From: an uncultured Planctomycetota bacterium
GTDB lineage: Bacteria > Planctomycetota > Planctomycetia > Isosphaerales > Isosphaeraceae
Reading direction: 5' to 3'
Length of the DNA: 64,000 nucleotides
Assembly: GCA_963823665.1 (NCBI GenBank)
Contig: CAWGMQ010000006.1
Location: 224,001-288,000 of the forward strand
Shown one piece after another: positions 32,378 through 41,388 of the stretch (position 1 is its first letter; the number at the start of each line of letters is the position of its first letter). The translations under genes were made by a program, and so were the position numbers. Below the pieces are notes generated by a model, which was not told where the DNA came from, searched no databases, and saw nothing but the letters and a program-made list of their open reading frames with translations.

Positions 32378-34611
32378 ATGCCGATTTCACGCCGAACCGT
32401 GTTGAAGTCCCTGGCCACCCCGGGAGCAGTGCCTCTTCTCGGCGTGCCGCTCGCCACCACGACCGCCGCCCTGGTCATCGCCGGCAAGCCGGTCGAGCTC
32501 ACGGTCACCCCTGTCGGCGACCGCATCGTCCGGATCAGTCTGGTGCCGATCGAGGCCGGCAAGGCGCAGGCCATCCCATCGACGGGCGCTCTGGTCGAGT
32601 TCCCCGCCGAGGCCCCTGCCCTTCGCGTCACCGAGCTTCCCGAGCCGGGGGTGGTGGCATGTGCGGACGTGGGGGTCAGCCTGTTCCCCGGCCCGCTCGT
32701 GATTCGCGTCGCGCGGGCCGATGGAAGCATCGTGCAAGACTTGCGCTTCGACGAAGCCACTGGGGGTTTTTCTTTTGCTCTGGGATCTGGTCCTGTTCTT
32801 GGCATGGGCGAAGGCGGCCGGCAGTTCGATCGTCGCGGCGCCCTTGACCGCATGCGCAGCGGCCAGGGTGGATACAGCCTGCGCACCCATGGCGGCCGGG
32901 TGCCCGTGCCCTGGCTGATCGGTACGAGCGGCTGGGCCATGTTCGTGCACCAGCCCGGCGGCACATTTGATTTGACGGCAGACCCGGGAAAATTCGCACC
33001 GATGCGCAGGGCGCAGCGCTCCCGCTCGACATCTTCATCGTCACCGCGATCGAGCCGGAACGCATCCTGGCCGAATATGCGCGCTTGACCGGCTTCCCCG
33101 AAATGCCGCCGCTCTGGTCGCTGGGCTACCAGCAGTCGCATCGCACGCTCGCCAGCCGCGAAGTCGTGATGTCGGTTGCTCGCACGTTTCGCGAAAAGAA
33201 GCTTCCCTGCGACACGCTCATCTATCTGGGCACCGGCTTCTGCCCGTCCGGCTGGAACACCGGCCACGGCTCGTTCGAATTCAATCCACGGGTGTTCCTT
33301 GACCCGAAACTGATGCTCGACGAGCTGCACAAGCAGCATTTTCACGTGGTGCCGCATGTCGTCATCCGCGCCAAATCGGTGAGCGGCCGCGCGAGCGATC
33401 CGTTCGACAAGGACCGTACTGATGAGTCAAAAGCGGGAAGCTACTGGAACGCTCATCGTGGCGTCTTCTCCAAGGGCGTCGACGGCTGGTGGCCCGACGA
33501 GGGCGACCCACTCGACGGTCCATCTCGGCTCGCGCGTATTCGGATGTACTACGAAGGATGCCAGATCGACCGCCCCGACACCCGCCCTTTTGCCCTCCAT
33601 CGCAACGGCTATGCCGGCATGCAGCGCTACGCGGCATTCCTCTGGTCGGGCGATGTCTACTCGACCTGGCCGACCTTGCGAGCGCACGTCTCGGTGGCGA
33701 TCAACACCGGCCTGACAGGAATCTCCTACTGGGGCACGGATATCGGCGGATTCGTGCCGACCCGGGCATTGACGGGCGAGCTATACGTCCGTTGGTTTCA
33801 GTTCGGCGCATTCTGCCCGCTGTTTCGCTCGCACGGCCGCACCTGGATGCTGCGGTTGCCCTGGGGCTGGAATACCGGCACGCTCGGCCCGGACGAGATC
33901 CGCACCTACGGCGACGCCGCCAATCCTGATCCTCGCGAGCTTCACAATGCCGAGGTCGAGCCAATCTGCCGCAAGTTTCTCGAGCTCCGCTATCGCCTGA
34001 TGCCCTACCTCTACAGCGTGGTGCGCGAGGGATGCCAGACTGGGTTGCCGGTGATGCGTGCGCTCTGGATTCACCACAGCGATGACACGAAGGCGGTCGC
34101 TCGGGGCGACGAGTATCTGTGGGGCCCGAACATCCTGGTCGCACCCGTATTCGATACAAGGTTCGTACCCCGGAGCATCTACCTGCCGCGTGGCGTCTGG
34201 TACCACTTCTGGTCCGGTCAACCGGTCCAGGGCGGCCGCGAATTCAGGGTGTCGACGAACCTTTCCATCATGCCGCTCTACGTCCGCGCGGGGACAATCC
34301 TGCCCTTGGGCCCCGTCAAGCAATATACCGGCGAAGTGGTCGATGGCCCCCTCACGCTTCAGATCTACCCCGGCGCCGACGGCAAATTCATGGTGTACGA
34401 AGATGACGGCATCTCGTTCGCCTATCGCACCGGCGATTGGATGGGCCTCGACCTGCGCTGGGACGATAAGGCCAAGCGGTTGTCGATCGGTCTCGCCCCG
34501 GGCTCGCGCATGCGCCCGCCCCTCGAGCGCCCGCTCGAGCTGCTCCTGATGCCCGAAGGCAAGCCCCGCCCGGTCGTATTCAAAGGCGAGAGGCTCGAAA
34601 TAACCTTGTAG
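32378..34611 (+). CDS. GH31 glycoside hydrolase, Tat-exported (frameshift near 32990)
   Basis: SRRTVLK Tat motif; LTGFPEMPPLWSLGYQQS, GWWPDEGD, WSGDV, WGTDIGGF, RWFQFGAFCPLFRSHG. Confidence 0.9.
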
Positions 34612-34639
34612 GTCAGGCTTTAGCCTGACGATTTCCCGA
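34608..34639 (+). repeat. GTAG-type REP (GTAG-GTCAGGCTTTAGCCTGAC), copy 1
   Basis: GTAG foot plus perfect 8-bp hairpin; repeated at 36114. Confidence 0.8.
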
Positions 34640-34689
34640 CTCCAGCCCAAGGGCGTTCGATTCAGTCGGTCCACGAGGAGGTTCTCGTC

Positions 34690-36117
34690 ATGTTCTTCCG
34701 ATCCGCCTGGTCGCTCTTACTCTTCGTGATCTGGCCCTCCCTGCTCCTGGCGCAATCGCCACCTCACCAGACCGATTTCCCGCCCGAGGAGTTCCAGTCG
34801 AGATGGAACATCATCTTCGACCGCATCGGCGATCATGCCGTCGCTATCATTCAGGGCGCCCCCAAGACCAACGGCTTCCTCGTCCCGAGGCAGAGCAATG
34901 AGTTCTATTACCTCTGCGGGATCGAGACACCTCATGCCTACCTGATTCTCAACGGCAAAGAACGCAAGGCAACCGTGGTGCTTCCACCGCGCGATGCGCG
35001 GCTCGAGAGCGCGGAAGGAAAGGTCATTTCCTCAAGCGACGCCGAGCTGGTGAAGCAGATCACCGGTGCCGCGGCTGTTCTCAGCTCGAAGGAAATGACC
35101 GAGGAGTCGATGCGCAACATCGCGGGCGGTTCGGGCACGATCCTTTACACTCCGTTCGCGCCGGCCGAAGGAAACGGCCAGAGCCGCGACGAGCTGCGAA
35201 GTGCCAACACGGCGATCACTTCCGACCCCTGGGACGGCCGCCCGTCGCGCGAGGCCCATTTCCAGACTCTGCTCAAGTCCCGATTTCCTGTCGCGGAGAT
35301 CCGTAATCTCAACCCGATCCTCGACGAGCTCCGCTCGGTCAAGTCGCCCCGCGAAATCGCGCTCATTCGCCGCGCATCCCAGCTCGCCGGCCGCGGCTTG
35401 ATTGAGGCCATGAAGAGCAGCCGCCCGGGCGTGTTTGAATATCAGCTCGACGCGGCGGCCGCGTTACGTCTTCCTCGCCGGCGGCGCTCGCCTCGAAGGC
35501 TATCGCTCGATCACCGCCGCCGGCACGGCCAACATCTGGAACATGCACTACTACCGCAACACGGCCGCGCTCAAGGACGGCGACCTCGTCTTGATGGACT
35601 TCGCTCCGGAATGCGGTTATTACACCAGCGACGTCGCACGCATGTGGCCGGTGAGCGGGAAGTTCAGCCCTGAGCAGCGAGAGATTCTGCAATTCGTTCT
35701 CCATTACCGCAACGCGATCATGACGCGCCTGCGCCCCGGTGTCACGCCACGAGCCATACGCGATGAGGCCAAGGCCGCCATGGAGAAATCTTCAAGCAAG
35801 CGAAGTTTTCCAAGCCGATCTACGAGCGTGCCGCCCACCGGCTGGTGGATACCGGCGGCGGAGTGTTTTCGCACCCGGTGGGCATGGCAGTGCACGATGA
35901 TGGATCTTACGCACGCGGCGTGCTCAAGCCCGGCCACGTCTTCTCGATCGACCCGCAGCTCCGCGTTCCGGAGGAAACGCTCTACTATCGCTATGAAGAC
36001 GTGGTCGTCATCACGGCAACCGGGTACGAGAACTTCACCGATTTCCTGCCCACCGAGCTCGATGAGATCGAGAAAATCGTCGGCCATGACGGGATCGTTC
36101 AACGGTATCCGAAGTAG
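34690..36117 (+). CDS. Xaa-Pro aminopeptidase (M24B), secreted (two frameshifts, near 35460 and 35790)
   Basis: AMP_N (RQSNEFYYLCGIE), LRSVKSPREI, LMDFAPECGYYTSDVAR, HPVGMAVHD, RYEDVV. Confidence 0.88.
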
Positions 36118-36145
36118 GTCAGGCTTTAGCCTGACGATTTTCCGA
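36114..36145 (+). repeat. GTAG-type REP, copy 2
   Basis: Same hairpin and near-identical tail as 34608. Confidence 0.8.
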
Positions 36146-36172
36146 TTCGTACCGGCCATTCAGGACCAACTC

Positions 36173-37120
36173 ATGCGTATCGCCCGCCGCTGGCTCGTTC
36201 GGCTACTGTCCGTCGTTCTCCTCATCCTCACCAATTTGATCGCTACCGAACCAGCGTTTGCCGACGAGCCGGCACCAGTCACCGCCCCTCCCAAAGACCT
36301 CGGCCTCGACCCGTTCTACACCAAGTACATCAGTGCTCACGGCTTGCCCATCGTCGGCTCGGCCAAGGTCTCGGATTTTGCGCTGCGCGAGGCAGCCTAT
36401 TTGGTGAATCATATGCTCGAGCACCGGCCAGATGTCCGCGACGCGCTGATCAAGAACAAGATCCGCGTCGCCGTGATGGCCTACTCGGAGCGCACGACCG
36501 ATATCCCCGAGCACCGCAACATGGAGCCCAAAGCCTACTGGAACTTTCGGGCGCGCGGCCTGGGTGCCAGCCGGCGAGTTCCGGTTGTCAGTTGCGCCGA
36601 GGAGAACTTGCTCAATTATCGCGGTGATCCTTATTCCACGGAGAACATCCTGATTCACGAGTTCGGCCACGGCATCCACGGTGTCGGCCTGGCGGCGGTC
36701 GACCCGACATTCGCCCCGCGGCTCCGCAAAGCCTACAAGGATGCACAGGCCAGAGGGCTCTGGCGTGGGACCTATGCCGGAAGCAATGCGGGCGAATACT
36801 GGGCCGAGGCTGTGCAATCATGGTTCGATACCAATCGGCAGAACGACTCGCAGCACAACCACGTCGACACGCGCGCAGAGCTCAAAGCCTACGACCCCGA
36901 CGTCGCGAAGCTGTGCAACGAGGTTTTCGGCGATGGCCCGTGGCGCTACGTTCGCCCCGATCGTCGCCAGGAACGCGCCCACCTCGCCGGCTTCGACCTG
37001 AGCAAGGCCCCGAAGTTCCAGTGGGAGCCGGAATTGCTCGAGGCCCGGCGGAAGCACTACGAGGAAGTCGAGAAGAAGAGCAAGAAGGAACGCGAATCAG
37101 CGACCAAGAAGGACCCTTGA
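36173..37120 (+). CDS. secreted zincin-like metallopeptidase
   Basis: Signal peptide; RARGLG, EENLL, ILIHEFGH, EYWAEAVQSWF. Confidence 0.8.
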   Translation: MRIARRWLVRLLSVVLLILTNLIATEPAFADEPAPVTAPPKDLGLDPFYTKYISAHGLPIVGSAKVSDFALREAAYLVNHMLEHRPDVRDALIKNKIRVAVMAYSERTTDIPEHRNMEPKAYWNFRARGLGASRRVPVVSCAEENLLNYRGDPYSTENILIHEFGHGIHGVGLAAVDPTFAPRLRKAYKDAQARGLWRGTYAGSNAGEYWAEAVQSWFDTNRQNDSQHNHVDTRAELKAYDPDVAKLCNEVFGDGPWRYVRPDRRQERAHLAGFDLSKAPKFQWEPELLEARRKHYEEVEKKSKKERESATKKDP

Positions 37121-37124
37121 TCGT

Positions 37125-38096
37125 TCAGGACGTCGGTTGGCGGATCGGCCGCCTCGCGTGCCTGAGAATTCGTCGAGCGCTCACCAGCGCAATCGCGAGG
37201 CCGGCGAAGGCCAGCGTCGAGCACTCCGGGATCGCGGCTGGAGCCGGCGGCGGCGCCATATCCGACGGAGTCAAAATGTAATCGTGCGAATCCTGCCCCA
37301 CCGCAAGGATCTGGCCGAGATTATTGATCGCCAGCGCGCCGGTAAGAACGATCGGAGGGGCGCCGCTATTGAGCAAGAGGTTCAAGTTATACATTGTGCC
37401 ATTTTCGTAGATAAATGCGTTGCTGAGTTGAGAGCTGTTGGGTACGAGTGGGCTGCCGGCGATCAAAGACCAGCCGACAACCTGTCCCTGATTATTCAGG
37501 CCCAGGGCGGCGGCATTCGCTCCGCCCAGGGTTCCGAGCTCGGTAATGTGTCCGTTCTGGAACAGGAAGGCGTTGGGATGGCCGTTCACGTCGCTAGAGT
37601 GGAATCCCGCGACCTGCCCTGACGCGTTGATCGCCGTTGGCGTCGACGCGAAGTATGGAAACACCGTGAACTGCCCGTTTGAATAGAACCAGCCTGCCTC
37701 GGCACCGTAGTTCGCGCTACTGATGTTTTGATTGGAGATCCCGATTTCCTGACCGGCTGCATTACTCGCCAGAGCGTTACTCCAGGAATATCCCGGCAGC
37801 GATACCTGCTCGGGCAACGCGCCCGTCGGCGTGCTGGCGACGGGAAAAGTCTGCACCGTTCCAGCATCCGGGCCTGAAGTCGTGTACACAAAATTCAGTG
37901 ACGACGAGTACTGGCCGATCAGGTTCCCAGATGCATTGAAGCCCGTAACATTGAGCGGATTGAGAGCGGACAGGTCCGTGACGTTATACGTGACCGGTGA
38001 AATCGGGTCGGCTCGCGCTTGCGACGTGGCCAAACCAATGAAGAAGAGCAGCATCGCGCCATGGGTTCCCCTCGCAAGTGGCCGTGCACGCATCAT
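37125..38096 (-). CDS. HAF-repeat extracellular protein with PEP-CTERM-like sorting signal (IPEC variant)
   Basis: Signal peptide (ARA-DP), [31 protein letters not shown] + TM + Arg tail. Confidence 0.85.
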   Translation of the reverse strand: MMRARPLARGTHGAMLLFFIGLATSQARADPISPVTYNVTDLSALNPLNVTGFNASGNLIGQYSSSLNFVYTTSGPDAGTVQTFPVASTPTGALPEQVSLPGYSWSNALASNAAGQEIGISNQNISSANYGAEAGWFYSNGQFTVFPYFASTPTAINASGQVAGFHSSDVNGHPNAFLFQNGHITELGTLGGANAAALGLNNQGQVVGWSLIAGSPLVPNSSQLSNAFIYENGTMYNLNLLLNSGAPPIVLTGALAINNLGQILAVGQDSHDYILTPSDMAPPPAPAAIPECSTLAFAGLAIALVSARRILRHARRPIRQPTS

Positions 38097-38190
38097 TCCC
38101 CTCCTTGGGTTGGATCGTCTTGGCGAGAGAATTCGAAGGAACGAGCAGGAACGACGGCGCACAAGTCCGTGGTCACGACGCCCTGAAGGC

Positions 38191-39162
38191 TCACGAGTCG
38201 GATCTGGGCACGGACCAATTCCGCTTCCTTAACGCGGCGCGGAAGCCTAACGCGCCGATCGCCAGACCGACGAAGGCGAGCACCGAAGGCTCTGGCACGG
38301 CATCCGGCGGCGGAGGCGGCACGGTCGGCAAATTCGACGGAGTGAGCAGGTAGTCGTGCCCTCCGTTTCCACCGACCAGGATCTGACCGGCATTGTTGAT
38401 CGCAAACGCGCCCTGGAGATAAGGCGGAGTGTTTCCTGGAGCGATCAAATTATTCAGGTTATACATTATGCCATTTTCATAAACGAACGCAGTCGGTTGC
38501 CCACCGAACGGAGCGATGATGCCTGGAGGGGATGAAAGATTGGAAGAGCCCACGACAACCCCGTGATCGTTGATCCCCGAGATCTGGGTCTGAATTCCAC
38601 CGGGCAGCGTTCCAATGTCGGTCACCTGGCCATTGCTGTAGAGATACCCATGGGCATTTCCGCTGATGTCGTTGGCGTTGAAGACGACCTGGCCCACCGC
38701 GTTGATCTGCGGGTTATAGGGGTACTGCTGTGGAAATACGGTGAATTGACCGCCTGAATACTCCCACGCGTAGTAGACGCCCTGCTGTCCGTTACTGAGG
38801 GTCTGGCCGGCGAGCCCGGTAGCCTGGCCGGCCGCGTTCCCGCCGTACTGGGCAGTCCACGAGTATCCCGGTACATTGCCAGGGTTCGTGGGGTCGTTCC
38901 CATTCGCCGTAGTCGTCGGTGCAGTGGACGACAATTGCAGAGATCCCGCGTTTGAACCTGAGGTCGCAAATGTATAGTAGACGTTGTTCCCAGCGTACTG
39001 GCCGACAACGTTTCCGTTCGAATCGAAACCCGTCGCGATCAAGTGCCCCATATCAGTCACGTTGTAAGTGATTGGGTCGGCATGGGCTTGCGAAAGGACG
39101 GTGCCGGTCACGAACAGCAAGCCAGCGCATCGGTATGCAATCGTGAGTGGGCGAATCCGCAT
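38191..39162 (-). CDS. HAF-repeat PEP-CTERM protein (paralog of the neighbour)
   Basis: Signal peptide (AHA-DP), [23 protein letters not shown] + TM + basic tail. Confidence 0.88.
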   Translation of the reverse strand: MRIRPLTIAYRCAGLLFVTGTVLSQAHADPITYNVTDMGHLIATGFDSNGNVVGQYAGNNVYYTFATSGSNAGSLQLSSTAPTTTANGNDPTNPGNVPGYSWTAQYGGNAAGQATGLAGQTLSNGQQGVYYAWEYSGGQFTVFPQQYPYNPQINAVGQVVFNANDISGNAHGYLYSNGQVTDIGTLPGGIQTQISGINDHGVVVGSSNLSSPPGIIAPFGGQPTAFVYENGIMYNLNNLIAPGNTPPYLQGAFAINNAGQILVGGNGGHDYLLTPSNLPTVPPPPPDAVPEPSVLAFVGLAIGALGFRAALRKRNWSVPRSDS

Positions 39163-39269
39163 TTTACCCCTCCGTGGGTAGGAGATGCTCGACGGATGTA
39201 ATAGAATGAAAAAAGTACTCTCAGTTGCCCAAAGCGTCAATGCGTAGTTGTACGAGGATTTATTATCCA

Positions 39270-40850
39270 ATGCAGCCAGCTTCCCGCCTTCACAAGATGT
39301 TCATCATGTTCGCCGGTGCGCTCCTCCTGGTGGCGGGTGCTGCGGCTGCGCCGGCCGAAAAAATGTTTCCCGCTGAGCAGGCTGCCGCTCTCGACCGGAT
39401 CACGGCCGACTCGCTCAAAGGGCACCTCTCGTTCCTGGCCTCCGACCTGCTCGAGGGCCGGGATACGCCGTCGCGCGGGCTCGATCTTGCGGCCGAGTAC
39501 ATCGCCGCCCAGTTCCGCCGCGCGGGGCTGGAACCGATCGGTGACGACGGCTATTTCCAGACTGCCAACTGGGAGCTCGCCGAGACCGCGCCGGGGGGTT
39601 TTGCGTTCGAGCTCGGCAATGGAGAAAACCCGTCCATTCAGGTCGGGAAGGAGCTGGTGAGCTTGCAGCGCCTGCGCGGGTTCAATGTCCGGTCTGCCCC
39701 GGTCTTCAAGATCGACGCCGGCGACACAAAGGTGCTCGAGTCATTGACATCCCAGCAGGTGGAAGGCAAAGCCGTGCTGGCCGTGATTCCGAATGTGGGC
39801 TCCAGAGACAGGGCCGCAACCCGGTCCGTCACTGCGTTCATGGCGCGCCTGGCCGCTCTCAAGCCCGCGGTCGTGGTGAACCTGAGCCGGCTCCCGGGCG
39901 CGGCGACGGGGTTTGCCCCCGGCCGGGCGACCGATCCGGAAAACCCACGGAGGTCCGCGTTTTCCGCAAGCGAGCGCTCCGGACCACCGCTCTTGACCGT
40001 TCACGATCCCAAGGTCCTCGCCGTCTATGACTCGCTACCGCTTGGCCCGGCGAAGAAGCTCACGCTTTCGGTACGCCTCGACGAGCCGGTGAACCGCCCG
40101 GTGAAGGTGCGGAACGTCGTCGGCTTGCTGCGAGGATCGGATCCCGATCTGAAGAATACGTACGTACTCGTCACCGCCCATTATGATCACGTTGGAAACC
40201 ACGGCGCACCCGGTGAGAAAGGCGACCAGATTTATAACGGCGCCAACGACGACGGCAGCGGCACGGTCTCGGTGATCGAGATCGCAAGCGCGCTGGCCAC
40301 GCTCAAGAGCCGCCCGAAGCGCAGCATCCTTTTCATGACCTTTTTCGGCGAGGAGCACGGCCTTCTGGGCTCAAGGTATTACGGCCGGCACCCTCTGGTG
40401 CCGATCAGGGAAACGGTGGCCGACATCAATCTGGAGCAGGTGGGGCGAACCGACGATTCCGAGGGCCCGCGTGTCGGCGCCGCCGCGCTCACCGGCCACG
40501 GCTACTCGAACGTCTCCGACGTCTTCGCTGCCGCGGGCGCGGCCGAAGGGGTCAAGCTCGAAAAGCACCCGAGGTTCAGCGACTCGTACTTCGGCCGTAG
40601 CGATAACCAGGCGCTTGCCGACCTGGGAGTGCCGGCGCACACGCTGTGCGTGGCGTTCGTGTATCCTGACTACCACGGCGCCGGAGACCACTGGGAGAAG
40701 ATCGACTACCCCAACATGGCCAAGATCGATCGCATGGTCGCCCGCGGCCTGCTCCTGATCGCCGACGACCCCGTCGCCCCCAAGTGGAACGCATCAAACC
40801 CGAAAGCGGCGAGGTATCTGAAAGCCTGGAAGGCCATGCAGAGCCCTTGA
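39270..40850 (+). CDS. M28 family peptidase
   Basis: FLASDLLEGR, VTAHYDHVG, NGANDDGSG, GEEHGLLGS, RSDN, DYH. Confidence 0.92.
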   Translation: MQPASRLHKMFIMFAGALLLVAGAAAAPAEKMFPAEQAAALDRITADSLKGHLSFLASDLLEGRDTPSRGLDLAAEYIAAQFRRAGLEPIGDDGYFQTANWELAETAPGGFAFELGNGENPSIQVGKELVSLQRLRGFNVRSAPVFKIDAGDTKVLESLTSQQVEGKAVLAVIPNVGSRDRAATRSVTAFMARLAALKPAVVVNLSRLPGAATGFAPGRATDPENPRRSAFSASERSGPPLLTVHDPKVLAVYDSLPLGPAKKLTLSVRLDEPVNRPVKVRNVVGLLRGSDPDLKNTYVLVTAHYDHVGNHGAPGEKGDQIYNGANDDGSGTVSVIEIASALATLKSRPKRSILFMTFFGEEHGLLGSRYYGRHPLVPIRETVADINLEQVGRTDDSEGPRVGAAALTGHGYSNVSDVFAAAGAAEGVKLEKHPRFSDSYFGRSDNQALADLGVPAHTLCVAFVYPDYHGAGDHWEKIDYPNMAKIDRMVARGLLLIADDPVAPKWNASNPKAARYLKAWKAMQSP

Positions 40851-40866
40851 GTTGCTGAACGCGGAC

Positions 40867-40884
40867 GGTCCGCAGTGGCGGACC
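40867..40884. terminator. GC hairpin after M28 (possible terminator)
   Basis: GGTCCGC-AGTG-GCGGACC; weak U-tract. Confidence 0.3.
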
Positions 40885-40888
40885 CTAC

Positions 40889-40939
40889 TTGACGCCTCAG
40901 GCATATTGCCTTACCATCAGCCTAGGCAATATGACTAGG
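40889..40939 (+). promoter_or_regulatory. sigma70 promoter with two BlaI-type operator palindromes
   Basis: TTGACG-N17-TACCAT; AGGCATATTGCCT (40899-40911) and AGGCAATATGACT (40924-40936). Confidence 0.7.
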
Positions 40940-40947
40940 AGGCTGCG

Positions 40948-41388
40948 ATGGCTCGCCGACCTGCTGAGGATGTGACCGACACCGAGCTGGCGATCCTGCA
41001 TGTGATCTGGAACGAAGGCCGGGCCACGCGGCGGCAGATCACCGATGTGCTGTACCCGCAGGGCGGCGAGGCGCACTATGCGACGGTGCAGAACCTGCTG
41101 GGCCGGCTCGAGCGCAAGGGATTCGTCCGCCACACCCGGTCCGAGGGGGTGCTGATCTTCACGACGAGGGTCGGCCGAGACGAGCTGATTCGCCGGCGGC
41201 TGCAGGGCGTGGCCGACAAGCTCTGCGGCGGTGCGGTTGCGCCCTTGCTCATGAATCTGGTCCGGTCTCGCCCGCTCTCCCCGGGTGAGGTCGAAGAGCT
41301 GTACGAGTTTCTGCGTAAAGAGCGCGAGCGGGTGCCAGGGTCAAAGCCTCGTCGTGATCCAGCCAGAAAGGAGCCCCGCGGTGGATGA
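40948..41388 (+). CDS. BlaI/MecI/CopY family repressor
   Basis: VTDTELAILHVIW...YATVQNLLGRLERKGFV...ADKLCGG...LLMNLV. Confidence 0.92.
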   Translation: MARRPAEDVTDTELAILHVIWNEGRATRRQITDVLYPQGGEAHYATVQNLLGRLERKGFVRHTRSEGVLIFTTRVGRDELIRRRLQGVADKLCGGAVAPLLMNLVRSRPLSPGEVEELYEFLRKERERVPGSKPRRDPARKEPRGG

